Below, piece after piece: positions 49,501 through 61,500 of a stretch of DNA of 63,428 nt. The DNA is taken from assembly GCA_051313645.2 (NCBI GenBank), contig JBNRSN020001083.1, positions 1 to 63,428 on the forward strand, written 5' to 3'. The first letter of the stretch is position 1, and each line of letters starts with the position of its first letter. The notes below the pieces were generated by a model. The model did no database searches. It was given only the letters and a program-made list of their open reading frames with translations, and had not been told where the DNA came from. The stretch is from Centroscyllium fabricii. Its lineage: Eukaryota. The translations under genes were made by a program, and so were the position numbers.

Positions 49501-52500
49501 TGGGGTAGAAAATTCCAAAAATTCATTCCCCTCTTGAGTGAAGAAATTTCTCAGCTCAGTCCTAAATTGCTAACCCCTTATTCTGAGACAGTGACCCCTG
49601 GTTCTAGACTCTCCAGCCAGGGGAAACATCCTCCCTGCATCTACCCTGTCAAGTCATGTAAGGATTTTTATGAACAATTGGTACTATAGTGACCAAATCA
49701 GTACATTTGATTGTCCAAAATGCTGAACTGTATTTTCTTGAGATACTGTATACGAGATGACCAACAATGTTATATTTGTGATCCTTGACAAAAGAAAGTT
49801 CCAATTACACTTTTAAACAATCCAGTGTCTGATGGAGAAGATACTCATAGCTTTGATTGAAAATCAAAAGACCTTTAAGGGTACGTAAGCAATAATAAAT
49901 TATAGACATGGGTGATGAATCTGCACTTATATTGTGCCTTATCATCTATCAAGATTATCTTCATATACAATTAATTATGTTGAAGTGCAGTCATGTAGAC
50001 AAATATGGTAACCATTTAAATACAGCAATGTTCTGCAAACACCAAGAGCTACATGACTGGCTAATCTGCTTTTTGGTGCTATTGTTTGAAGGGGGAATGT
50101 TGTCAAGATACTGGGAGAATGCCAAATAGTTATCTTTAACATTCAACTGCATAGGCAGACAGAGGCTTGGTTTAATGTCTCATATGAAAGACCATTTATA
50201 AAATGAAGATAGCATCAGTCTTGCACTGAAATGTTAACCAGGATTATGATCAAGAACGGGCTTGAACTCAATAACTTAATGGGTTTGAGTAACATTAAAA
50301 ACTGAAATGGGTTGGAATGTGTTACAGCTTGAATACTCACAAATATCATTTTTATATAACATATATTTAGCCCAGCTTGGTATTTTTTTGGAACCAGTAA
50401 ACCACATCTTTTGGTTACTACAATAATGCTTTCCATTTGGCTCCACAGCATGTGATTGAGGGTGTTGGGGATTATTATAATAGAAGACCACCATTTTAGT
50501 AGTTGTTGGACAGCAAGTGGGGAGGGTGTACTGATGTTGGAAATCCCTGCGTGCATTACATTATAAATTGCTAACTGTGCTACATCACTTTGCCAAACAA
50601 AATTAGGCCAATTTAACAGAGTTCGGAGTCCAATTAATGATACATGTCCCCTTATCTGGTGAGCTGTGGCCCTCTAATATATTGCCCCAGTGACATGTGA
50701 TCCTAGCCAGCAAGTGTCAAGTAGGCGCTTTGACCAGAGGAAGGGGCCATCACAAGTTCGCACATGAGCAGTGCCAGTTGGGTCAACGGATACCAATCAG
50801 GAATTGGAGAATTTGCTGATTTATTTTTCCCGTTCCTAAGCTCAAAGCAGTGATGAGAACTGTAACATCCCAACAACTGTCCCAGTTAAAATCAGGTAAC
50901 TCAGCAGACCATGCATTGAATTTGGGATTAGATCTGTGTGGCTCACCTGTCACATTACATGATGCCTTTACCCAACAAACCATGAAAAGAGTGGGAAGGA
51001 TAGCATGTACAAAATTTGTTTCAGGCAAAGCATTTTGGAGTGCCAGGTGGTAAGAACATAAATCCCCTCCATCAGTATTCCAGTTAAACATAGAAACATA
51101 GAAGATAGGAGCAGGAGTAGGCCATTTGGCCCTTCGAGCCTGCTCCGCCATTCAATGAGATCATGGCTGATCATCCAAACCAGGCACCCTGCCCCTACAC
51201 CCCCCCCATATCCCTATCGAGCCTGCACCGACACTGATCCCACCCTATCCCCATAACCCCACATATTTAATCCCCCTAACACTAAGGGTCAATTTATCCT
51301 GGCCAATCAACCTAACCCGCACATCTTTGGACTGTGGGAGGAAACCGAAGCACCCGGAGGAAACCCACGCAGACACGGGGAGAATGTGCAAACTCCAGAC
51401 AGTACCCGAGGCTGGATTTGAACCCGGGTCTCTAGTGCTGTGATGCAACAGTGCTAACCACTGTGCCACCATGCCGCCCTGTTGAAATACTATTGGGTAA
51501 ATGCAACAATTCAAAAAACTGTCATGAGGCAACTGGCTTTAAAAAAATGCATTTTCCTTGCACAAATGCAGTAAAAGCAATTGGTACTTGGCCAATCATT
51601 TCCTTTAAAAGGAACTGGATAAATATCTAATTTGGTATATTATAGGGTTAAGCATTAAGAGAGACAGTCAAATGCTCCATGGACATAATAGCTGGAAGTA
51701 GCCATGATATGGAGGTGCCGGTGTTGGACTGGGGTAGACAAATGCAAGAAGTCACACAACACCAGGTTATAGTCCAACAGTTTTATTTGAAATCACAAGC
51801 TTTCGGAGCGTTGCTCCTTCCTCAGGCGAAACAGAAGTTAATCTTTCGCCTGAGGAAGGAGCAGCGCTCCGAAAGCTTGTGATTTCAAATAAAACTGTTG
51901 GACTATAACCTGGTGTTGTGTGACTTCTTGCATATTAGCTGGAGTTAGAGAAGGAGGTGGTGTTATCCGAGGAGGGCAGGACCCCAAGATTGAATAGTAA
52001 AGATGTGAGGGTGGACATATATTTCACAGCTCATGATTACTTTTGGGAATTAAGAATGTATTTATACACATTTGACAGAAAATGGATTAGATTACATATG
52101 CTTGTGAAAAGATCAGTCTTGACGAGCTGAACAAGCTTTTTTCATTCCACTTTCTTGTATTTCTTCGTCAGTTTTCTCTGGCCTGCCCTGCTCCTTTCCT
52201 GACAGCAAAATCTACTTATTAGGATTGCTCTCCAGTACTTCACTTCCAACGGGTTTACTGGATAGCAATGAAGAGTGGGGTTAGTCTGTAGGTGTCAGCT
52301 ACTCACCACTTAAACTCGTTGAGTCAGATTCCTCTACTTTTAACCTCAATTTCATTTCCACTGACAATGGAGCACCACAAGCCCAATTTGATTCACACCC
52401 AATGGGAGGTTTGCATTGTGTTGGATGCCAATATAGTTTTGTCTACCCTCATTACATAAGGATTTTCTGTTCTTTATCCATTTGTACAAAGAGAGACAGG

Positions 52501-55500
52501 TCACAGTAATATCTTATTGTCCCTCCTATGGTTCCATATGTAATTTGTGATGTATTAAATGAACAGTTTACCTGTAAACTTCTGACAGTGACGTTTTTAA
52601 CTGCTGATCCTTCGGTTGTCTGCGAGTTTTTTACTGCAGAAGTTTTACCATTCTGTAATTGCTCATCAAGGTCTTTGTTCAGCTGACAGTGTTTTGTAAG
52701 CTTGCTTGCCTTTTTAGGGGATTTTGTCTTTTCAACTGTAAAGCAGTTATTTTTGCTCTCATAAAGATCTTTATTTTTTGGTGTAAAAGATACTAGGATC
52801 TTATTGCCAAAGACATCTTCATTCTCCATACGCTTCTGTGCACGCTCAGCACTTTCCTGGCTTGTAAAACGAAGGATTGCACTGCCACCGGTAATGCTTA
52901 AAACTTTTCCACCACAATTATCAGACAAACGGCGCAGTCTGTTGCTTACTTGCTTGCTGTCTCTGTTGAGTGGCAAATTGTATGCATACAGAAGAGTATG
53001 GCATTGCTAGTGAGTGAGCAAGAGATTGAGAAAATAAGAGAGTGAAAGAGAGGAAGCATGAGCAACAAAGAAAGGAAAAGGCAAGAAACAAAATCAAAAC
53101 AAATGTTTTATTATAGTCTAAAAAGATGAAAACAAATTGTTAAATTTATTCTGATAAACAATATTCCGTTTGCTCATCCATGTCCAAATTTGCTTTTTTG
53201 TTAAAAAGAAAATGTACTGAAATCTTTTACATAAGAACATAAGAAATAGGAGCAGGACTAGGTCAATCGTCCCCTCGAGCCTGCCCCGCCATTCAACAAG
53301 ATTGATCTGATCCTAACCTCAAATCTACTTTCACTCTCCATCCCACCCGAACCCATGTGATCTCCCGGGAGAGGCAAAAAAAGATTAAAAACCCAGTGGC
53401 CAATTCGGGAGAAAAAATCTGGGAAATTCCTCTCCGACCCATCTAGGCGATCGAAACTTGTCCACAAGATCACATGGCCGATCTAACCCTAGCCTCACGT
53501 CCACTTACCTGCCCGCTCACCGTAACCCCTAATTCCTTTTACTTCTAGGAAACTGTCTATTTCGGTTTTAAATTTATTCAATGTAGTATTTCCACAGCTC
53601 TCTGGGGCAGCAAATTCCACAGACCTACCACCCTCTGAGTGAAGATGTTTCTCCTCATCTCAGTTTTGAAAGGGTAGCCCCTTATTCTCAGATTATGCCC
53701 CCTAGTCCTAATTTCACCCACCATTGGGAACATCCTCACCGCATCCACCCGATCAAGCCCCTTCACAATCTTATATGTTTCAATAAGATCGTCTCTCATT
53801 CTTCTGAACTCCAATGAGTAGAGGCCCAATCTACTCAACCTCTCCTCCATTACTGTGTTTTATTGAGAACACACTTTTTAAACAGCTGGTGAAAGCTACG
53901 TGACCCCACAATTCAATTACTTCCAACTGAAACATCGCAATTTCTGAGTACCAGGGCAAACCAAGTCACTGTTCAGGTACAAGTGCTGCAGGAGAAAGGC
54001 AGCCTTGCACATGGGAAAAACAAAACAACAGACTGTACAAGTCAGTAAAGTACCCAGAGCTCTCATGAGAAACTATCCAAATATTGTCTTTTGGGTAATT
54101 ATTTAATAAACATTTTGTAATCGGGTAAAGAGGACTCCAGCTTGTGTGAGACAACTGAAGTGCTGCTTAGAGAAAAGATAGGGCCACATTTCCTAATGAA
54201 CAATGCTTGAAGTCTCAAATGATCCATTAATACTTCAGATTTAGTCATTTGTTAATTTTAATTTAGATGATTATTTTAGAAGACACTTACTGGTGTTTTC
54301 TCTGGTAATCTCGGCGGCAAGTTAGAAACAAATTCCTCAAATTTGAAATGCATATGTGCATGTTGTAAAAGTGATTCTGAAACTTGATTCTTGTGTACCA
54401 AAATAATCTGAAAACCATGTCGATGCCGAAGGTCACTCAGTTCTGAGGCAAAGTTAACATCAGCTGCAAAAATGACAAAGCCACAATTATCAGAAAGAAC
54501 AAATTATGACCGAAATCAAACTCTCACCCTTTTATTTCAAACTACAAAAGGCTGGAAAAGGTTTCCCTCGATGTTCACTCATTGCTCAGAACTTTATTAA
54601 GAAATGTATGTAAGGGATGACACAAAGTTCAACAGTTGAACGATGAACACTTTCGCAAAATTTGCCCTGATCTCCAACTAAAGAATACATGCTGCTACTC
54701 TATTATACAGGTTGAGCACCGGTAATCCGGCACCTGATGGTCCGGCACCTTCAGTGGTTTGGCATGAATCGAAACCGCCGGTCTTCAGTTTGCGGAGCAG
54801 CCACTTGGCGGCGCCACCGTTTCCCATGAAGGGTGGGCGAGCGGGCTGCTGCTTTTTTAGGTCTTGTAAGTATTCTATCCCTGGGCTCCCTCCCGGGGAG
54901 TGTTCTGCCCGCGCGCTCCGGGGAGTGTGCTACCCTTTCTACCTTCAGTGGTTCGGAATTTTCAATGGTCCGGCACCGGCCTGGTCCCGAGGGTGCCGGC
55001 TCAACCTGTACAAGACATCAATTTTCATCACTCCATTCATTCCGGATCTCCAAAACCTAATATTGCAGATGTTTACCAATGCCCATCCCAATCCCAATTA
55101 ATTTATATTTTTCATTGTGGCAATAACACCACTGAGCTGCTATTCTTGATCCTGTTCCTTTCCTGTGATAAATGTTTCAAATGAAAATAAATGAAGTTTT
55201 GGAGCACTGATTACTTACAGGACACCAAAATAACAGTGGACGGAGCAGTGTGAGTGTCAGCAAATCGCCTCAAACTCTGTCTAAGCTTGTCATCTGCAGC
55301 ATTTTTTGCTGTTGCATTGATATGTGCAACTGTCACCTGCAACACAGAAGTGATATAAAAAAATACTAATTTTCAATCACAACTTCAGAGCTAGAAAGTA
55401 CAAGTACTGTCTTATACATACAACACAGGGGGATGAATCAAAAACTAAATGGGTAATGTTAACCTCACCGGCCCGACAGTGAACTGACATGATCAGATCG

Positions 55501-58500
55501 GCTGCCCGTTTTACACCCCGCCTAATTTGGAAGTCAATGGAATGTAAAATCGGGAAGAGTCCATTTTAATGCACAGGACATCACCATACATTTACTTGCC
55601 TTCCAAAAGTTTAACATACAAGAAACATTCTTCACTCTTACACTTTTAAAAACATTTCATGGCAAAGTGCCTGCTTCTTTTTAAAAAAAATTAATAGCAC
55701 ATTATATCCTTTAGATTCAGGGGAATTACAGTAACTGGTATTGTCAGGTTATACAGCTGCCTTACCTGGCAATTGTTAAGTTCCTGGATAACTTCCTTGT
55801 TTTCCTTGCTAATATCACACACACACATGAATTCTGCCTCTCTGTGGCCTTGAAAAAATCGTTGACGGATTCGCTGTACTATTGCCATGGCTGATCGTCC
55901 TGTTGGGACGGAGCAGTTTTCTATATCCCAAAACACCCCAATAGGAGGTAGATTCTCCTGCTGTCCTAGTATACCAATATCAGGTGATCCTGTAAAAAAA
56001 TAATCCCAGAATTAGAACCACTTCTTTCAGTGACTGTTGCTGCATTCTCCAATAATTTTATTTTCAATTCAAAGGTGCCAACTAAAATAACACAAAAAAT
56101 AGAACTGCTCATCAAAACATAACTAACACCCACTAATCAGGACATCATGAAGCATTTTGATATAGACAAATGCAAAAATAATCGAAGAAATGGAAGCCAA
56201 AGGGAGCGAGATAGCTTCTTTTCTGGAAGATATTTTAAAACCAGTTTTATTTACAGAACTGAAGTTCTTCAACTGGCTTTCAGGCATCAATGTGAAAGAA
56301 ATACTGTATCTTATCCATTTCATAAAATCATAGAATTCCCTACAGTGCAGATAGAGGCCATTTTGGCCCATCGAGCCTGCACCGACACATATCCCACCCT
56401 ATCCCCAAAACCCCACATATTTAATCCCCCTAACACTAAGGGTCAATTTATCCTGGCCAATCAACCTAACCCACACATCTTTGGACTGAGAGGAAACCGG
56501 AGCACTCGGAGGAAACCCACGCAGACACGGGGAGAATGTGCAAACTCCTCACAGATAGTCACCCGAGGCCGGCTTTGAACCCGGGCCGCTAGCGCTGTAA
56601 GGCTAAAGGAATAATAAAAGGGATTTGACAGTTTTAGTAGTTTGGGGATTGTCAGTTTCCATTCTTTCAGCACCAGACTCCTGTAATGAAATCAACTTAC
56701 ACCCACTTGAATGTAACAGCAATTAGTTGCAGACTCTAAATTGCATTAAAAATGAGCAAAATAGGCAGGGCTCGTTGACATGTGGAAATTAAATCTACTG
56801 ATAGATGGTTCAATAATTTATTCAAAGAAGCGACTGATTTGGTCAAATTCTGGAGGAACACATCTTTAAAAAAAAATCATAAATATGACAATGAATTATT
56901 AATCAATAAATTGATCTTTAAAACGGCAGTTTGTATATTTAAACAGGATATATTTTTAAATTAAAAACCTTAGTTAGTCAAAACTAACACTGGTTTGTTA
57001 AGATAGAACATACTGAAAATTCAAAACAGAATGATCTGGTAGTTAACAGCAAATGCCTAATCTTCCATCAGTTTTGATTGACACTCCAACTTACTTATCT
57101 TGATTAGGCGTATTTATAGTTCTCAGTTGGGCTTAGAAGGAACACTATGCAGCAACACAGCATTCAACTCCGATAAGAAAAATGGCTGGGTCAATACAAC
57201 CCCTAAAAGCACACCTCTTGCTAGCCACTCATGGACATTATTAACATTGTCCCCGCCACAAGTCTTATACAGCCCGCTCCCATGATGGCTCAATTGATGT
57301 CTGCACTTCCCAGTGTGGGACTCAAGGTCTCACGTTTGATCCCAGTCTATGCTGAGTTAGCCAAGCTCAGACAGGGTGGCAATAGGGGCGGTAAAATTTC
57401 CCTGCGCAATTCTGAGCTGGGGAAAGGTGAGGGGAGTGGAAGAGAGGGGGGCTGGGGGACGTTAGTCATGGTTCCTGCTCCTGATCACAATTCAGTGACT
57501 CCCCCATAAAACTGCACATATGTGGACATCAGTTGAAGAGAGGATTGGTTTTAGTTGCGATGCTTCCTTCATGTTTGTGTTCCTTGCTTGCAAATGAAGA
57601 ATCATCACTCAGTAAACACATGATTTTTCTTGTTTTTGAAGAGTTTGGTTTCCTTGATGTAACTGACAATTAAAGGTCTCTCCATATATACACACACACA
57701 CACACACACTATAAATAATCCACTTCCAGTTGTTGTTTTATCTTTGTAGTCAGCTTGTAAATGATTCAATAATTTGAGATTACCGATCATACGCAATGTA
57801 GCAGAGTCCACTAAAACTTGAAGCTACCCCTCCCCAAGAAATAAAATTATACAATTTGGGGGGGGGGGGGGGGGGGGGCCTTCTCACTATTGATGTAAAT
57901 AACAATTTACAATGAATTCTTATTTTTTTATTAAAAGCAGAAGTTAACATTAACAGGAAAGACTATTAAAGCATAAACTAGGATAATACTGCAATCACAC
58001 ATACCATACTTCTGTGGCTGGAGGGCCAAGTTTCCTGCTGTTAATATTGGTGTCTCTGCAGTTTGACCTTCAATTTGAACACCATTGCACATAGATATGG
58101 GTGCTGGGCCAGATGGAACAGGAGGGGGAATATTTGGCCAAATCTTTGTAGCATCTATAACAGGACGTCTGGGTGGCTGCAGGAAAGATTTAAAAAAGAC
58201 AAACTAGGGCAACTCTTCAGATTACAGGCAAAGCAACTTACTTTAAATTTTGAGAAATTCACGCAAAAACAGTATCTCAGCAACTAAATTAACATGCAAT
58301 AAATAGGTCAGTATTTTGCTTTTGCAATAGATATTCTTTGTGGCACAGACAATCCTGATTACATGATACTATGCAGATTTTCTACTTTTACAATACCCAT
58401 AAAGTTGTCAATCATACTTTCAGTAACAACTTAGTCCATATTTGAATATCAACTGCAAATTTGTCTGTTTACACTAACACACAATATCCTAAAATTATGT

Positions 58501-61500
58501 AGTGTATTTGTTTTAATTTCAACAAAATTATCTACCCAGTAATGTATTACACAAAAGCCTAGACTTTGCTGTCATTATCCTTCTGAAACGGGCCTTAACT
58601 TCAGGATTTAGCGCGTGCGCAGATAAATGCATAAATCCTGATGTTGCGGTCAGCCATTCCCTGCTCCGCCACAGGCTGCACTGTGGCACTCCCCATAGCC
58701 GGCAATCGGTGAAATCAGTGGAACTGACGAAAACTTAAGGCTTTCCGATCTAATTACGCTGTGGAACACCCCATTAAATGTTAAGTCGTGTTGTAATAGG
58801 TGTAATTGGGGTTTTAATGGTGCCTTGACTGCCGAACAACCGTTCTGGCCCTGAAAAACTAATTTTATTCGTGCAGTGACAAATTTTTCCATTATGATAG
58901 AAAATTACTAGATTTTTAAAATATATATATTTTTTTAATTTAAGTTTATTTATGATCTCTCAACTTCTACCGTAACCCCCCCATGTGTATGCCCCATCTT
59001 TATTTCGCTCTGTAAAATTTTTAAACAGTGAAATGAATCAATGCTTTTTATTTCTTGGTTTGCTCCATGTAAGAATTTGTCAATGCGATTGGCTGCTTAC
59101 ACAGCTTGATGACATCACTGCTGCTCTGCGCTGGGGATACCCTTTTGATGGTGTTAAAACCAATTTCACGTCGGGCAACTTAAGGTTTTCGCCAGAGATC
59201 GCAAGATCTTTGTGAGCAGCTTTTCTCGAGGTCAGCGGCGATCGTTGGAGTGATAAATGGTCAAAAGTAGTTTACCTGGCTGCTGAGCATAGTGAATAGT
59301 GACCAAAGGGGGAAAAAAATTAACGTCTTTAAGAAAAGACACACTCCAGGATGGTGCAGTGGGTAAATGTGTGCTGTCGTATTGAGCCACACACAAGAGC
59401 TCTCTTAGCTGATGTCAATCTGCCAGCAGTGGAGTCACTAACATTAGCCCTAGTATTCCTGGACTATGAAGATTTATTTTTAAATCAACCTGCGTTCCTA
59501 CTTGTGATCTCTGCCATATGATCCCTCCTGTAAAATGCACACATTATGATGAGGACAGGCTCAAGCTTACACCCAATACCGCCCCATGGTTGAACAGCTT
59601 GCCATTACTACTCATCTGGGATAGTTACTGGAGGGCTGTCAGCATCCGTTGAATTCTACGCCGACATCCACTTTAGAATCGAAAGGAATAACGTGGGGGG
59701 GGGGGGGGGGTTCACAAGGGTCACTTAATAGAGTGCACCCACTGGAGAAGGTAAGGGAGATGCTCCATTTATATGGCAAGCCAGTGCTCCATTTATATGG
59801 CATTACAATTTTAATTATATTTATTTACAGATAGAGAATTATGTTTTGGTCCACACTTAACATTCAGGCAGTGGCTCCTGTGGAATGCCAGATGGTGTTA
59901 ATGTTTTCTCAGTGACAACTGAGGTTGGAGTTTGGAGGGTGAGGTTGTGCAGAAGAGCAACAAGAAAAAATTGGGATTTGATTGGTTGTGGTTTTTTTTT
60001 GCACAATAATATTGTTGGTGTGACTATACTGTGAACATTTTCTGTACCATCACATTTTTCACATTTGCAACCTATTTTCTGACACAGTTGAGATACAAAT
60101 GCATCACAAAAGACCTTCCACTAGTTATCTGTAGACTGCACAAATAAATTCTAGAAACCACACATATGATATAAAGATATACATCATATAAGCTGAACAA
60201 TATACTCAAGTGCAAATTCATCAACAATTTTAAATTGAATTCAAGCTAAAGAATGGAAACTATTTTTTTTTAATCCACTTGTTAACCTTTTTTATCTTAA
60301 TGTAAAATTATACTAACCTTGTTCAAACAATCATCACAGTAATGTGAACCCTTCAGAAACACAGGTGCCATGTGCAAATGTAAAGAACTGGTACAAACAC
60401 GTTTAGGTAGCTCAGCTCGATTCACACGATCTTCCAAGTGCCCACTAACCCCACCTGTGAGCTCCGTGCAGGAAAAAAAACTGGAAGCATTATAGCTCTG
60501 ATGCATAGGAATTTGATGCAGCTTGTGGACACTGCCATGGAAAGGCTGCAGCTGTTTGAAGAGGCTTCCACAACAGGACAGATGCTGGGAAAGAGGTGGT
60601 TGAAGCTGACAACCAGAGACAGCATTCTCTACATAGGGACCAGGCAAGTGGCATGGAGTCCCATCTGAACGGTTGTTAGCTATAGCCACCTTACATGACT
60701 TGGACGAGTGGAAAGTAGGCCTCGAGCCTATTTGACATGTGACTGTTCCAGTGCTTGTGTGTTCTAAAACTCCACTATTTACCGAGTGAATGCAACCACC
60801 ACCATTGTGAATCTGGAGGGAGCAAGAAGCCTCATTGCCACAACGAGGGCAGCAGCTTACTTTAGTGCCAGTTGACTGCTGCTTTTGAAAGACCTGAATG
60901 TCAGAAGGCAGGGCACTTGCAAATAAATTGGAATTAGCAGGATGGGAGCGAGATGGAAAATCCTTCAACTCTAACACAGGTTTGTTGCTCTCCATGTAGT
61001 TTTTCTAGAAGAAGAAAGAACAAAACACTCAGGATTAGTATCTAAACTTCTGGCACTATGCTCTGGTACACAACTACTCCCCATTACAAAATATAGCCAA
61101 ACTTCGAAAACCTTTCATACACCAGTTTTAGATTCTGCATTTAAAAAATAATCATTTTCTTTCACACGAGCAAAGATTATTACAAAGGAACTCAATCACA
61201 CACACACACACACACGAAGAGGAAAAGTATTGAGGCTTACAATATTACAGAAATTATTGTGCAATTTTATATATCCATAAACAGTGAACATTAAACAATA
61301 CTTCACCATTGAAAGTAACATTTAAGATGCAGTATTTGCATGAATATAATGAAACAAAGATGAGATTAGGTTTTCAAATGATTTTTTTCTTTGTTTGTTT
61401 TCAGGTTAGGCCAATTAAAGACCAATTTTACTAAAAACAATTTTAAAATTCCCACTTCCTCTCCGCCCCCCCCCCCCCACATTCACAGCAATTATTAGAG

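Noticed and set aside
57688-57880. (CA)n and long G run as functional elements
   Set aside because: Simple repeats that are common throughout the window, with no specific evidence of function
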